Counted from the first letter of the stretch, positions 29,858 to 41,127 are shown. The stretch is DNA of 64,000 nt from Patescibacteria group bacterium (GCA_049325535.1 JBMOKY010000001.1:1008048-1072047), one strand, 5' to 3'. A program made the numbers and translations. Notes: generated by a model not told the origin, from the letters alone.

Positions 29858-30165
29858 GGCAGTCGGGTTTGCTTCAATAACCACTGTTGATAGGGCGGAT
29901 AGACCCTGCCCACTGGTAACTCAAATATACAGGGAACTGCATCAGGGTGGTGCTGTTTGATGTATCGGGTTATAGCGATAAAATGTCGACGGTGAGTCTT
30001 GATTAAACTGGCGTATTCCCGATTTTTTTTTAATCTTCCCTGCCAATAGTACCAGGATTCCACCGGAAAAAAATTGACGCAGGCGGCCTGGCGCTGCTTG
30101 AGAAGCATGCCGCAAATTTTTTGAGCCTGCTTTTTCGTAGGATACGTGACGAAAATATCAATCAT
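29854..30165 (-). CDS. cutA: CutA divalent-cation tolerance protein
   Basis: AACVN..P..S.Y.WQG, HPDAVPCI. Confidence 0.88.
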   Translation of the reverse strand: MIDIFVTYPTKKQAQKICGMLLKQRQAACVNFFPVESWYYWQGRLKKNREYASLIKTHRRHFIAITRYIKQHHPDAVPCIFELPVGRVYPPYQQWLLKQTRLP

Positions 30166-30168
30166 GGA

Positions 30169-30570
30169 TTATTCAGCCCGTATCAAATTTCCCTGCGGAT
30201 CCAGTTCCACGAAATGTTTTGCCGCGCCGCTGCGAAACCCGCTGCACTGGTTGGCCGGGTCATTATCCACGTCTTGCCGCGGATCATGCGCCACATCCAC
30301 CACCCAGTCTTCGATTGCCTGATTGGATAAGCACGGACCGTCCGATAAATCAATATCATCAATAATCGCCTGGCGATACAACTCATACGCTTTGGCAACG
30401 GCCAAATCTCTATCGGCTTGCGTTTTCAATTGGACATCTGCCGCGCCACTTAAAACTTCCGCGCCATTCACCGAATCATCTTCGGTACCCGAGCGGGTGG
30501 CCAACATAAAATACACCCCGGCGCCCAACGCGGCGATGATGATGATTATGATAATAATATATTTCACCAT
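30169..30570 (-). CDS. Membrane-anchored hypothetical protein
   Basis: N-terminal TM; GPCLS..WVVDVAH.PR..NQC. Confidence 0.7.
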   Translation of the reverse strand: MVKYIIIIIIIIAALGAGVYFMLATRSGTEDDSVNGAEVLSGAADVQLKTQADRDLAVAKAYELYRQAIIDDIDLSDGPCLSNQAIEDWVVDVAHDPRQDVDNDPANQCSGFRSGAAKHFVELDPQGNLIRAE

Positions 30571-30642
30571 ACCATCACTAGTATACTGTTTTTACCCACA
30601 AAAAACAAACCTCCCTGCATGGAAAACGGCCAGCCACTCGTG

Positions 30643-31803
30643 CTATCGCTTGAGCGCGTCGACACGATCCAGCTGTTCCCAAGGAAGCGACACGTCGACC
30701 CGGCCAAAATGACCATAAGCAGCCGTCTGCTCGTAGATAGGCCGCTTGAGATTGAGTACGCTAATAATGTCCGCTGGTTTCAGCGGGAAGTGCTCCTGGA
30801 CCAGGCGGATGACATCGCCATTCTCCAGAGTGCCTGTGCCAAACGTATTGACCATAATCGACACCGGCTCTGCCACGCCAATAGCATAAGCAAGCTGAAT
30901 CTCCACCCGCCGGGCGATCCCGGCCGCCACCAGATTTTTTGCGATGTACCGGGCAGCGTACGAAGCGCTCCGATCAACTTTTGAGACGTCCTTGCCGGAA
31001 AATGCGCCACCGCCGTGAGCCCCCACTCCGCCGTAGGTATCCACGATGATCTTCCGCCCGGTCAATCCGGTGTCGGCCGGGGGGCCGCCGAGCACAAACC
31101 GACCGGTGGCATTGATATGCAATCGTATCTGATCCGAATACAGATCCCCCAGCACTGGCCGTATCACCAGCTCAGTAATTTCTTTGCGAAGCTGGGAAGT
31201 GCTCACCGCTTCCGCATGTTGGGCGGCGATGACCACCGTATCGACTCGCTGGGGCCGATCATTTGCATATTCCACCGTCACCTGGGATTTACCGTCCGGC
31301 CGCAGGTACGGCAGCGTCCGATCTTTCCGCACATCGGCCAGCCGCTTGGTCAGTTGGTGTGCCAAGGCGATAGGTAATGGCATGTACTCCGGGGTCTCGT
31401 CACAGGCATACCCAAACATGAGCCCCTGGTCACCCGCACCCTGCTCCTTATCACCGCTCGCATCGACTCCCTGCGCGATATCCGGCGACTGCTCATGAAT
31501 AGTGCTCAATACCCCCACGTCATCGGCACAAAAGCCATACTCCGATTTATCATAACCGATCCGCCGAATAGTTCGCCGAACCACTTCCTGAATATTGACA
31601 TATCCGGTTGTCCGAACCTCGCCGCCTACCATGACCAATCCAGTGGTGGCAAAACACTCGACCGCCGAGCGAGATTCGGGGTCCTGACGGAGCATTTCAT
31701 CATACACCGCATCAGAGATCTGATCACACACTTTATCCGGATGACCCTCGGTGACCGACTCAGAAGTAAATAACCGTTTGTACGATGACATAAGTTCCTT
31801 CAT
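30643..31803 (-). CDS. metK: S-adenosylmethionine synthetase
   Basis: [33 protein letters not shown]. Confidence 0.98.
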   Translation of the reverse strand: MKELMSSYKRLFTSESVTEGHPDKVCDQISDAVYDEMLRQDPESRSAVECFATTGLVMVGGEVRTTGYVNIQEVVRRTIRRIGYDKSEYGFCADDVGVLSTIHEQSPDIAQGVDASGDKEQGAGDQGLMFGYACDETPEYMPLPIALAHQLTKRLADVRKDRTLPYLRPDGKSQVTVEYANDRPQRVDTVVIAAQHAEAVSTSQLRKEITELVIRPVLGDLYSDQIRLHINATGRFVLGGPPADTGLTGRKIIVDTYGGVGAHGGGAFSGKDVSKVDRSASYAARYIAKNLVAAGIARRVEIQLAYAIGVAEPVSIMVNTFGTGTLENGDVIRLVQEHFPLKPADIISVLNLKRPIYEQTAAYGHFGRVDVSLPWEQLDRVDALKR

Positions 31804-31858
31804 TTATGTAATAAAAATATCTCCGACCAAATATGGAGGAGATGTGAGTACTGCTACA

Positions 31859-31957
31859 CTTATCTACCTACACGATTGGTAGCCGAGAATTAGCACCCGC
31901 CCGTGACGGGTTGCCGGGGAGTCACCGGGCTCGGTCCCTACTCCCACTCGTGATAAG
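31859..31957 (-). ncRNA. SAM-I (S-box) riboswitch
   Basis: CTTATCACGAG...GGGAC..GCCC.GTGA..CCCGGCAACC...GGTGCTAATTC...GATAAG upstream of metK, followed by a hairpin and T-run (about 31813-31844). Confidence 0.9.
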
Positions 31958-32208
31958 CTATTTGATTGTCAAAAGGTAGCGTCAGTATACGTAGCGCTCA
32001 TCTTCCCGTCAAGCGCTCCAAGCATTCGGCGTGATAGATGCGCCATGAATACATGAATAAGCGTGGTCCATGCGTACGCACAGAATTCCCCGATGACTGA
32101 CATGCGTTTAGCGGAATCGAGCCGAAGCAATGCGTTTGCCCGCATTCTTCCGGTGCTTCTTTTGCGCTACCTTTTTCTTCTTATTCATAATATATGACTA
32201 ATAATATG

Positions 32209-33207
32209 TTACCGCGACATGGCGTCATGTGAACGGATGGTGTGTTTCCCGATAACAGGCGCGTCGATGCCCCGTGCGACTGCAGCGGCCTTGACCTCCG
32301 CTGGTAAATCAAACCATACCCGTTCGTCAACCGATTGCAGCGTCTCTACGGATGTCGCGCCATGACGCTGCAGCATGCGCACTACCTCCTGGACAATATC
32401 CTCAGGTGCCGAAGCCCCGGAAGTGACACCAACAGTATCAATGCCGTCCAACCATGTATCCTGAATCTCATCGGCCCGGTCAATGCGGTATGCCGGACAT
32501 CCTTGCGCCCGGGCCACGTCGACCAATCGATTGGTATTTGAGCTGGTCGCTGATCCGATTACCAATATCATGCCACATGATGCGGCAAGCGCCGTGACCG
32601 CCTTCTGACGATTCGTGGTCGCATAGCAGATGTCTGAAGCCGGAGGCAACACCGCCTGAGGGAATCGCTTGCGGATTTCCTCGAGGGTTGCCCGGGTATC
32701 ATCGACGGACAGCGTGGTCTGGGTCAGCACCGCAATCCGATGATCTGCTGGTAATTGCAACGCATCCACATCTGCGACTGTCTCTACCACATGAGTACGT
32801 TCAGGTGCCTCACCCATAGTGCCGCGCATTTCCACGTGGCCACGATGCCCAACTAAGATGATGGTATACCCCTCTCGGGCATACCGCTGTACTTCCAGAT
32901 GCACTTTCGTTACCAATGGACAGGTGGCATCAATCACGTCCAGTTTCCGTTCTTTCGCTTCAGCATAGTCCGCCGGCGGGCTGCCATGGGCGCTGAATAC
33001 GACCCGGCCACCTTCGGGGATTTCCGCAACCGACTCGATAAACGTCACCCCCTTAGCTTCTAAACGCTGAACCACATGGGTATTGTGTACGATGGCATGT
33101 TTGACGTACAGCGGCGTGCCATATACCTGCAATGCTAATTCCACGACGTCAATCGCCCGATCAACGCCAGCGCAGAAACCCCTCGGACTGGCCAGCAAAA
33201 CTTTCAT
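32209..33207 (-). CDS. ispH: 4-hydroxy-3-methylbut-2-enyl diphosphate reductase
   Basis: PRGFCAGV, VHN, AHG, DATCPLV, QTT, DICYATTNRQ, SSN, GASAPE. Confidence 0.95.
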   Translation of the reverse strand: MKVLLASPRGFCAGVDRAIDVVELALQVYGTPLYVKHAIVHNTHVVQRLEAKGVTFIESVAEIPEGGRVVFSAHGSPPADYAEAKERKLDVIDATCPLVTKVHLEVQRYAREGYTIILVGHRGHVEMRGTMGEAPERTHVVETVADVDALQLPADHRIAVLTQTTLSVDDTRATLEEIRKRFPQAVLPPASDICYATTNRQKAVTALAASCGMILVIGSATSSNTNRLVDVARAQGCPAYRIDRADEIQDTWLDGIDTVGVTSGASAPEDIVQEVVRMLQRHGATSVETLQSVDERVWFDLPAEVKAAAVARGIDAPVIGKHTIRSHDAMSR

Positions 33208-33336
33208 AGCAGGTGGGAGTATAGCAAAAATGCCCGATCGTGGATAGGCAGGCGCACGTTTGTACGAATGACTACTCGGATCACCCGTACACGACGGGGC
33301 CGTCATTCACCTCGGTATCCATTCTGTGCAAACCCA

Positions 33337-33408
33337 TGCCCTCAAGAGGAGTCGAACCTCTATTACAAGATCCGGAATCTTGCGTCCTATCCATTGAACG
33401 ATGAGGGC
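33337..33408 (-). tRNA. tRNA-Arg(CCG), CCA not encoded
   Basis: GCCCTCATCGTTCAATGGATAGGACGCAAGATTCCGGATCTTGTAATAGAGGTTCGACTCCTCTTGAGGGCA cloverleaf. Confidence 0.93.
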
Positions 33409-33428
33409 GCGAGTTTGTGCAGAATTTA

Positions 33429-34142
33429 TTAACGCGTCTGCAAATACCGCTCAAACTGATCGATGTCATCGGGATTGCCGAAATCTATCCAGTACCCATC
33501 AATTTTTACGACCTTCACTTTTTTTTGCTGCGCAAGCGCCGTGATGGCATCGGTAATCTCATATTCGCCGCGGGATGACAATTGTACGCGGTCAATAATT
33601 TCAAAAATATCCTGGGTAAATTTATAAGCGCTTCCATTCACCAGATTGCCCATAAAGCTTTTTGGTTTTTCAACGATGCTCGTCAGTATGCCATCGGCAT
33701 CGGTGACGAGAACGCCTTTTGTCTCAGGGTGATCGGTCGTCTTCGCACCAACGTACGTATACGCATCATCGCGGATCAATTTCTGAATATCGGCAACCTC
33801 ATAAAAATTATCACCGGCGAGCGCCACGAATTGATCAGCCCCAATGATGTCCCGCACAACTTTTATCGGACAGGCTGTGCCATATTCTTTTTCACCGAGA
33901 ATCTTGAATTGATCCAGTACTCGGACGGGATAGGAAAGGGTAGCCACAAACCGCTCGATCTGTTCTGAAAAATACCCACTGACGATGGTAATATCGGTTA
34001 ATCCGGCAGCGCGAATTTGTTCGAGTAGGTAGTATAAAAAAGGCTTACCGGCAACCTCAATGAGGTGCTTGGGGCGATCCTGTGACAGATGTTTCATCCG
34101 GGTACCACGGCCGGCTGCTGAAATGACTACTTTCGATATCAT
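33429..34142 (-). CDS. Sugar-phosphate nucleotidyltransferase
   Basis: AAGRGTRM..L...PK.L, VEKP, RGEYEITD, W.D.G. Confidence 0.88.
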   Translation of the reverse strand: MISKVVISAAGRGTRMKHLSQDRPKHLIEVAGKPFLYYLLEQIRAAGLTDITIVSGYFSEQIERFVATLSYPVRVLDQFKILGEKEYGTACPIKVVRDIIGADQFVALAGDNFYEVADIQKLIRDDAYTYVGAKTTDHPETKGVLVTDADGILTSIVEKPKSFMGNLVNGSAYKFTQDIFEIIDRVQLSSRGEYEITDAITALAQQKKVKVVKIDGYWIDFGNPDDIDQFERYLQTR

Positions 34143-34146
34143 AGCC

Positions 34147-35175
34147 TCATGTACGAAATCGTCTGATGAATTTATATAGTGTATACCAGCCTGGCTTGAG
34201 TATCAAGTCCCGGGTGCCGGCGTAGCCGACGGGTACCCCGCCAAATCCTTGTTTGAAGCGCGTGATACCTTCCCAGCGCTCCTGGGTACCGGCAGCGGCC
34301 GAACCAACCCCCCAAAAGTCATACCAGCGCGCCCCGACCGATTGAGCATATTCTATCTGTTTCCATTGTAATAAATGAGGGGCCATCACATTACGAAATT
34401 CATTTGCCGACGCGCCATGAACATACGTCACCGTGTCACCGTAGTGCATCACGATATTCGCGGCGATAATTGATCCATGATACTCCGCCAGGAATAACCG
34501 CAGTGCCCCGGAAAAACCATACAGCTCAAACATAGTCTGGTAGTACCCCGCGTCATGCGCCACAAATGCATCTCGTGAAGCCGTCGTGGCCGTCAACCGG
34601 CAGAACGCCATGAGATCGTTTGCGCTGACGCCTTGGCGGATGGTCACGCCCTTACGTTCCGCCAGATGGATATTATAGCGTGTTTTTTGATGCAACTGCT
34701 CGGAAATTTGATGGCTTGTTTTGTCCAAAGGCAGCAGGATCGTATCTGACGGCTGGACATACCGGGCCGGCGCATGGCGCAACCCTCCCAGCACCTGCCG
34801 CGCCAGAAGCGGTGCGTCATCTCGGATCAACGGTGGTTCGATTTTGATAAACATCACATCCTTGGGGCGTGCCAACGCGCGTATCCCTGTCAACATCTCC
34901 CGCATCGCTGCCAATGCAGCGTCCCGATCCAGCGATGCCGATACTACCGGCCCCCGCGGTATATACCAATACCCCTGTTCCCCAGGCAATGCACGCTCCA
35001 GTACCTGTACGGCCGCCACCAGCCGGTTCCCATCACCCATACGATACCGCGAAACTGACCAGCCAGAGCGTTCCTGAAACGCCCCCCATTGCCAGGACTG
35101 TAAAAAAGGCGTGTGCGGCTGACTGGCCACAAACGATTCAAATAACTTTTGGTCGACGATTGGTCGTACTTCCAT
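34147..35175 (-). CDS. FemABX-family peptidoglycan peptidyltransferase
   Basis: FLQSWQW, YIPRGP, KTRYNI..A.RKGV, YDFWG, GITRFKQGFGG. Confidence 0.9.
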   Translation of the reverse strand: MEVRPIVDQKLFESFVASQPHTPFLQSWQWGAFQERSGWSVSRYRMGDGNRLVAAVQVLERALPGEQGYWYIPRGPVVSASLDRDAALAAMREMLTGIRALARPKDVMFIKIEPPLIRDDAPLLARQVLGGLRHAPARYVQPSDTILLPLDKTSHQISEQLHQKTRYNIHLAERKGVTIRQGVSANDLMAFCRLTATTASRDAFVAHDAGYYQTMFELYGFSGALRLFLAEYHGSIIAANIVMHYGDTVTYVHGASANEFRNVMAPHLLQWKQIEYAQSVGARWYDFWGVGSAAAGTQERWEGITRFKQGFGGVPVGYAGTRDLILKPGWYTLYKFIRRFRT

Positions 35176-35747
35176 TACTGCTGCTTCCCTAATAATTTGA
35201 GCGCGGCCTGTACCCGAGTTCTGGTTGTCGCCATTTCCGATGGAATCGCTCGCAGCGCGTCACGCGCCTCCTTCGCCGAATACCCCAAACCCATCAGCGC
35301 ATCGATCGCATCACCGTCAGCCCCCGGCTGTAGTACAATGTCATGAGAAGTGGCCAGTTTACGCTTCAGCTCTACGATGATGCGCTCTGCGGTTTTGGTG
35401 CCGATGCCCGACACTTTGGTCAGGAGAGAGGCGTCCCCCTGGACGATAGCCGATTGCAATTCATCCAGAGAGGCAAGCGCCATGACGGTCAAGGCTGATT
35501 TTGGCCCGACGCCGGTAACCCCGATCAGCTGTTTGAAAAAATTTCGCTCTCCGGCGCTGCGAAACCCGTATAGCTCCAACGAATCTTCCCGCACGTACTG
35601 ATAGGTGAACAGTGTCACGGTTGCGTCCAGCGCCGTCTGCTCCAGCACGGGAAGAGTACAAAAAACTTCATACCCGACCTGTCCGGAGACCACGGTTATT
35701 GATTTTTCAGTTTTTTCCTGGACCACGCCAGTGAGCATTGCAATCAT
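35175..35747 (-). CDS. ruvA: Holliday junction helicase subunit A
   Basis: VGYEV, VREDSLELYGF, GVGPKSA, GIGTKTAERI. Confidence 0.95.
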   Translation of the reverse strand: MIAMLTGVVQEKTEKSITVVSGQVGYEVFCTLPVLEQTALDATVTLFTYQYVREDSLELYGFRSAGERNFFKQLIGVTGVGPKSALTVMALASLDELQSAIVQGDASLLTKVSGIGTKTAERIIVELKRKLATSHDIVLQPGADGDAIDALMGLGYSAKEARDALRAIPSEMATTRTRVQAALKLLGKQQ

Positions 35748-35840
35748 AGGATAGATACATAGTACCAGATTACGCCCGGCAAAAAAAGCCGCTATCTGTC
35801 ACGATGACATATAGCGGCCAGAGCATATATTGCCAGCTGA

Positions 35841-37406
35841 TTACACAGTCTGTAAACCAGCGATCGCCTCCTGGAAATGCGCCAAACCATCGGTGATAGC
35901 CGCATCCACGTCGGCAGTACTCGGCGTGGAACAGTCGAATGACAATTCTCCTTTCGTCATCCTGAGCGTGATAATTTTCTGGTCATCATCCTTGCCAATC
36001 AGGTTGGCAATGCCGCGCACCCGATCGTCAAGCTCCACATCATAGCCTCTCGCCTGAAAAGCCTCCACCAGAAAATCGCGCAATGCCGACACCATGTGCG
36101 GCGACTGACGTAACGTCCGATATGGTTCGATCAATTGCGGCACCATCACTGTTTCCTCTCCCCGCACTCCGGATGCCGGGTTTTTGAATAATGGCACCAG
36201 AATAATCGGAGCGAGCAGTGTGGTTACCACCGTCATCATGATCGACACGCCAAATACTTCATTTGATATCAGCCCAGCGGATAATCCGATGCCGGCCACA
36301 ATCAGGGCTACTTCACCACGCGGCAACATACCGATGCCGATGCGCGACGAGCCCATAAAATTGAACCCGGAAAAAAATGCCGGAATGCCGCAGCCGACCA
36401 CTTTACCGATGATAGCAAAAGCGGTGATGACCAGTCCAAATACGATGGCGCTGGCCATGGCCCGGAAATCGACCAAGGTTCCCATGATCGCGAAAAACAC
36501 CGGCACGACCAGGTGTGAGGCACCGGCCAATTTCTCCTCAAGCTCTTTACCCAAAGGGGTGACGGACAGCAAGATACCGGCCAGATAGGCACCGATGATG
36601 GTAGCCAAGCCAAACATTTCAGCAATGGCAGCGATGAGAAAACAAATTGCCGCCGCAATTGCCGCATAGGTCTTACCATCCAGTTTGAGCAAATAATGTG
36701 ACAATTTCTTGCCAAACATGATGCCTATAACCGATACTACCCCGATGAAACCGACGGCTTTCAGGCCAATCATGCCCAGCTCGGATAGCGACACACCTTC
36801 ACCACCGTCCTGGCCAGCCAGTGACAGCACGACGGCCAGCACGAGAATGCCTAGGATATCATCGATCACCGCAGCGGCTAAAATCGAAACACCCTCGCGG
36901 GTATCCAATTTATACATATCGGACAAGACGCGGGCGGTAATGCCGACGGACGTGGCGGTCATGATGGCTCCCATAAAGAGCGCCGGACCGTCAAAAATAC
37001 TGTCGGCAAAACCAAACGCCATGGTTCCCCAGGCGCCGAGAAAGAACGGTACGACCACGCCGCCGATCGCGATGCCCAGCGATTTCAGTCCGTATTTCAT
37101 GAACATCTTTGCGTCGGTTTCCAGACCAACCAGAAAAAGCAGCAGTACCGCGCCGATTTGGCCGAAGAAATACAATTCAGGCGAGATGGCCAGACCCGAT
37201 CCATGCTCGGACGCATGCCCAAACAGCGCGCCGATGAACGGCAAATCTACACCACCGAGCGCAAATGGACCGATGGCCATGCCGCCGATCAGTTCGCCGA
37301 GTACCTCGGACTGTTTCATTTTCTTAAAAATAATGCCAAATAGCTTAGCAACGAGGAGAAGAACTGCCAACTGGAGAATAAGATGTGCGAGTTCTGCGGG
37401 TGTCAT
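35841..37406 (-). CDS. CPA2 cation:proton antiporter
   Basis: Many TMs; GLETD, ATSVGIT, AAVIDD, PRGEV. Confidence 0.9.
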   Translation of the reverse strand: MTPAELAHLILQLAVLLLVAKLFGIIFKKMKQSEVLGELIGGMAIGPFALGGVDLPFIGALFGHASEHGSGLAISPELYFFGQIGAVLLLFLVGLETDAKMFMKYGLKSLGIAIGGVVVPFFLGAWGTMAFGFADSIFDGPALFMGAIMTATSVGITARVLSDMYKLDTREGVSILAAAVIDDILGILVLAVVLSLAGQDGGEGVSLSELGMIGLKAVGFIGVVSVIGIMFGKKLSHYLLKLDGKTYAAIAAAICFLIAAIAEMFGLATIIGAYLAGILLSVTPLGKELEEKLAGASHLVVPVFFAIMGTLVDFRAMASAIVFGLVITAFAIIGKVVGCGIPAFFSGFNFMGSSRIGIGMLPRGEVALIVAGIGLSAGLISNEVFGVSIMMTVVTTLLAPIILVPLFKNPASGVRGEETVMVPQLIEPYRTLRQSPHMVSALRDFLVEAFQARGYDVELDDRVRGIANLIGKDDDQKIITLRMTKGELSFDCSTPSTADVDAAITDGLAHFQEAIAGLQTV

Positions 37407-37658
37407 ATACTAGACTCCTATTTTTTATATTGTTTTGATGCTTAATTATTCGAATCAACCATACTGCGGTCGACGGCGCAGTTATGTTTGCTATCTATAA
37501 TAGTACTCACCACCAATGTGTCAAGACCCTTGCGGATTGACACGGCATGATTCACTAAAAAAATCTCCCCGATTCCCTCAATATGATCCAATACCACAGA
37601 CTGCTGCACAGAACAACCCCCGTGGTGAGCGCGGGGTCTTCATGGTACAATGGCTGAT

Positions 37659-39149
37659 ATGAAACGTTCTGCCGGTATTTTACTCCACCCTACCTCGCTT
37701 CCCAGCAGATACGCCATCGGTGATTTTGGACCGACCGCTTTTGCGTTTGTTGATTTTTTAGCACAGGCACGGGTGCATGTCTGGGCAGTCCTGCCACTGA
37801 CCATTCCGGATATGACCGGCTCGCCCTATGCCTCGGTTTCGGCCCATGCTCTGACCTGGCTCTGCGTCAGCCCTGACCAGCTGGTTCACGACGGTCTACT
37901 GCCCGCAACCGCCCTGCCCCGGTCCCGGCCGACGGATAACGTAAGCTATGCCACCGCCTACCATCAGCGGCGGACAGTACTGAAAGACGCCTTTTCCCAT
38001 TTCCAAAAAAACGGATCCCCGGCACACCATCGCGCAGTACGACAGTTTATCCGGCGAGAATCATACTGGCTCACCGAGTACGCCACATTCATGGCTATCA
38101 AACAGCGCTATCATGATATGCCTTGGTTCCGCTGGCCACGCGCGCTCGCCGAACACCGATCGGCGGAACTCCGCCACTGGCGTGCACGGCATGCCCGAGA
38201 AATCGCTTTTTTTGAATTCGAGCAATGGGTGACTCAATCACAGTGGCTCCGCCTCAAGGGGTATGCTCACCGCCAAGGTGTCAGTATATTTGGCGATATC
38301 CCTTTCTTCGTCACCCATGACAGCGTGGATGTCTGGGCACATCAAAACCAATTCCTGCTCAATAAAAAACATTTGCCAATCACAATCGCCGGAGTGCCAC
38401 CTGACTATTTTGGCCGGCGGGGACAAATCTGGGACAATCCGCACTATAACTGGCAGGTGATGCAAAAAAATCACTTTCACTGGTGGATAAGCCGTTTTCG
38501 TCGGGCTTCGAGGCTATATGACCTGACTCGTGTCGACCACTTCCGCGGATTCGATACCGTATGGCACATTCCCTTCGGCGCACGAACTGCGCGCCGAGGT
38601 TCCTGGGAGCCGGTGCCCGGACATAAGCTGCTGACCGAGGTGCGACGACGGGTATCGGGACTGAGCATCGTCGCGGAAGATCTGGGAACCATCACCCCAA
38701 CAGTCGCTACGCTCCGTAAAAAATTTGGCCTTCCCAGCATGCGCGTGCTGCAATTCAGCTTTAGCGGATTCCCCGACAATACCCACATGCCAAAAAACTT
38801 CCGTGGGCCGATCGTCGCCTACACCGGCACGCACGATAATGACACCAGCCGCGGATGGTTCACCACATCCAGCACCTCTGACGAACGCTGGCTGGCCGGC
38901 GAACGGCTCCGAGCAGACGAACACACGTTTGCGCAAAAACTGATCGCCTACGGTATGGCCACCCGCGCCCAGCTATTCATAGTTCCGCTCCAGGATATCC
39001 TCAATCTCGGGTCAGAAGCGCGGATGAATAAACCCGGCACTAAACGGGGCAACTGGCGCTGGCGATTCCAGCCCCACCACCTACACGCAGAACATGCTCA
39101 ACGACTCGCGCGTCTGATCCGTATCACCGGCCGCGGCCATGCCATTTAA
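37659..39149 (+). CDS. malQ: 4-alpha-glucanotransferase (GH77)
   Basis: GILLHPTSLP, GVPPDYF, RVDHFRG, AEDLG, YTGTHDNDT, MNKPG..NWRWR. Confidence 0.95.
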   Translation: MKRSAGILLHPTSLPSRYAIGDFGPTAFAFVDFLAQARVHVWAVLPLTIPDMTGSPYASVSAHALTWLCVSPDQLVHDGLLPATALPRSRPTDNVSYATAYHQRRTVLKDAFSHFQKNGSPAHHRAVRQFIRRESYWLTEYATFMAIKQRYHDMPWFRWPRALAEHRSAELRHWRARHAREIAFFEFEQWVTQSQWLRLKGYAHRQGVSIFGDIPFFVTHDSVDVWAHQNQFLLNKKHLPITIAGVPPDYFGRRGQIWDNPHYNWQVMQKNHFHWWISRFRRASRLYDLTRVDHFRGFDTVWHIPFGARTARRGSWEPVPGHKLLTEVRRRVSGLSIVAEDLGTITPTVATLRKKFGLPSMRVLQFSFSGFPDNTHMPKNFRGPIVAYTGTHDNDTSRGWFTTSSTSDERWLAGERLRADEHTFAQKLIAYGMATRAQLFIVPLQDILNLGSEARMNKPGTKRGNWRWRFQPHHLHAEHAQRLARLIRITGRGHAI

Positions 39150-41127
39150 ACTCCGCTCCCCGTTCAAGCCTACCGGAGATCAGCCCATGGCTATCAAAAA
39201 ACTGGTGGGTGGTTTAGCGCAGCACAAACATCAGACACTCCTTGGGGTCACCGGTTCCGGGAAAACATTTACCATGGCCAATGTCATCCAGCGGGTGCAG
39301 AAACCAACGCTGATTATTTCCCACAATAAAACGCTGGCTGCCCAACTTGCTTCTGAGTTTGAGGACTTCTTCCCAGAAAATTCAGTCCACTACTTCGTCT
39401 CCTACTACGACTACTACCAGCCTGAAGCCTATATCCCCAGAAGTGACACCTACATCGAAAAAGAAACGCAGATGAATGAAGAAATCGACCGTCTGCGCCA
39501 CGCCTCCACCGCCGCGCTGCTTTCCCGGGACGACGTCATCATCGTTGCTTCCGTTTCCTGTATTTACGGTCTGGGGTCACCCACTGAATACAAAAAAGAT
39601 GTGCTGAACCTCCGGCAAGGCCAGCACATCAAACGCGATCTCGTCCTTTTTGCCCTGGTCAATATCCAATACCAGCGCAACCAGACTGATTTGTGGCGCA
39701 ATCGATTTCGAGTACAGGGCGACGTGGTTGAGGTATTCCCCTCATCATCCGAAAATAACTACTACCAAATCAGGTTTTGGGGGGACAGTGTGGAAAAAAT
39801 CGTGGAAATCGATTCACTCACCCGGGCAGTGGTCAGAGAACACACCGAGGTGGACATCTACCCGGCCAAACACTACCTGGCGCCGGATGAAATAGTCAAA
39901 CAGGCGCTGGCGGAGATTGAGCATGACATGGACATGCAGGTGGCGGCATTCAAAAAAGCAAATAAGTATGTGGAAGCGCAACGGCTGGAGGAGCGCACCC
40001 GCTATGACCTCGATATGATCCGGGAAGTAGGATATTGCAATGGCATCGAAAACTATTCGAGGTACTTTGACCAGCGTACCGCCGGACAGCCACCATCTAC
40101 CCTGATTGATTTTTTCCCCAAGGATTTCCTCCTCTTTATCGATGAATCACATATGACGATCCCCCAAATCCGCGGCATGTATTTCGGCGACCGCTCGCGC
40201 AAAGAAACGCTGGTCAGGTACGGTTTCCGCCTCCCCGCGGCTATGGATAATCGCCCCCTTCAGTATGAGGAATTCAGTACAAAAATAAACCGAGCCATCT
40301 ACGTATCGGCTACCCCGGGGGAATACGAACAAGAACTGTCGACGCAGACCGTAGAACAATTAATCCGCCCGACGGGACTCCTTGACCCGACTGTGGAAAT
40401 CCGGGCGACCGAACACCAAATCGATAATCTGCTCGAGGAGATTCGGGTGCGGGTAAATAAAAAACAGCGAGTGCTCGTCACCACGCTGACGAAGCGTATG
40501 GCCGAAGATCTCACCGACTACCTGGCCGATCTGGATATCAAAGTCCAGTACCTGCACTCGGAGGTAGATACCATGGAGCGACTGGAAATACTCCGTGATT
40601 TACGGACCGGAAAGTACGACGTACTCATCGGCATCAATCTGCTACGGGAGGGGCTGGATTTGCCCGAGGTTTCTTTGATTGCAATTCTGGATGCTGATAA
40701 AGAAGGCTACCTCCGCTCAGATACCGCGCTGATCCAAACCATGGGCCGAGCCGCTCGCCATGTCGAGGGCCATATCATCATGTACGCGGATGCGGTCACC
40801 CAATCGATGCGACGGGCCATAGACGAAACCGTTCGCCGGCGCACTATTCAGGAATCATACAACACCAAACACGGCATCACCCCCCAATCAATCACCAAAG
40901 CGATCAAAGAAACACGACTAGCCGGCGCAAAAACAAAGGCGGCAGCCGATACAGCCCACTCCGCAGACCAAATACCACCGGAGGAGATTCCGCACCTGTT
41001 AGCGGACATGCAATCAAAAATGGAATTGGCAGCCCAAAATCTCGAATTTGAAGAGGCGGCTCGATTGAGAGACTGGATTACTGAAATCGAGAATAGCCAG
41101 CAACCCAAGAGACGCCGGAAGAAATGA
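39139..41127 (+). CDS. uvrB: Excinuclease ABC subunit B
   Basis: GVTGSGKT, YYDYYQPEAY, DESH, GLDLPEV, UVR coiled coil. Confidence 0.98.
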   Translation: MPFKLRSPFKPTGDQPMAIKKLVGGLAQHKHQTLLGVTGSGKTFTMANVIQRVQKPTLIISHNKTLAAQLASEFEDFFPENSVHYFVSYYDYYQPEAYIPRSDTYIEKETQMNEEIDRLRHASTAALLSRDDVIIVASVSCIYGLGSPTEYKKDVLNLRQGQHIKRDLVLFALVNIQYQRNQTDLWRNRFRVQGDVVEVFPSSSENNYYQIRFWGDSVEKIVEIDSLTRAVVREHTEVDIYPAKHYLAPDEIVKQALAEIEHDMDMQVAAFKKANKYVEAQRLEERTRYDLDMIREVGYCNGIENYSRYFDQRTAGQPPSTLIDFFPKDFLLFIDESHMTIPQIRGMYFGDRSRKETLVRYGFRLPAAMDNRPLQYEEFSTKINRAIYVSATPGEYEQELSTQTVEQLIRPTGLLDPTVEIRATEHQIDNLLEEIRVRVNKKQRVLVTTLTKRMAEDLTDYLADLDIKVQYLHSEVDTMERLEILRDLRTGKYDVLIGINLLREGLDLPEVSLIAILDADKEGYLRSDTALIQTMGRAARHVEGHIIMYADAVTQSMRRAIDETVRRRTIQESYNTKHGITPQSITKAIKETRLAGAKTKAAADTAHSADQIPPEEIPHLLADMQSKMELAAQNLEFEEAARLRDWITEIENSQQPKRRRKK

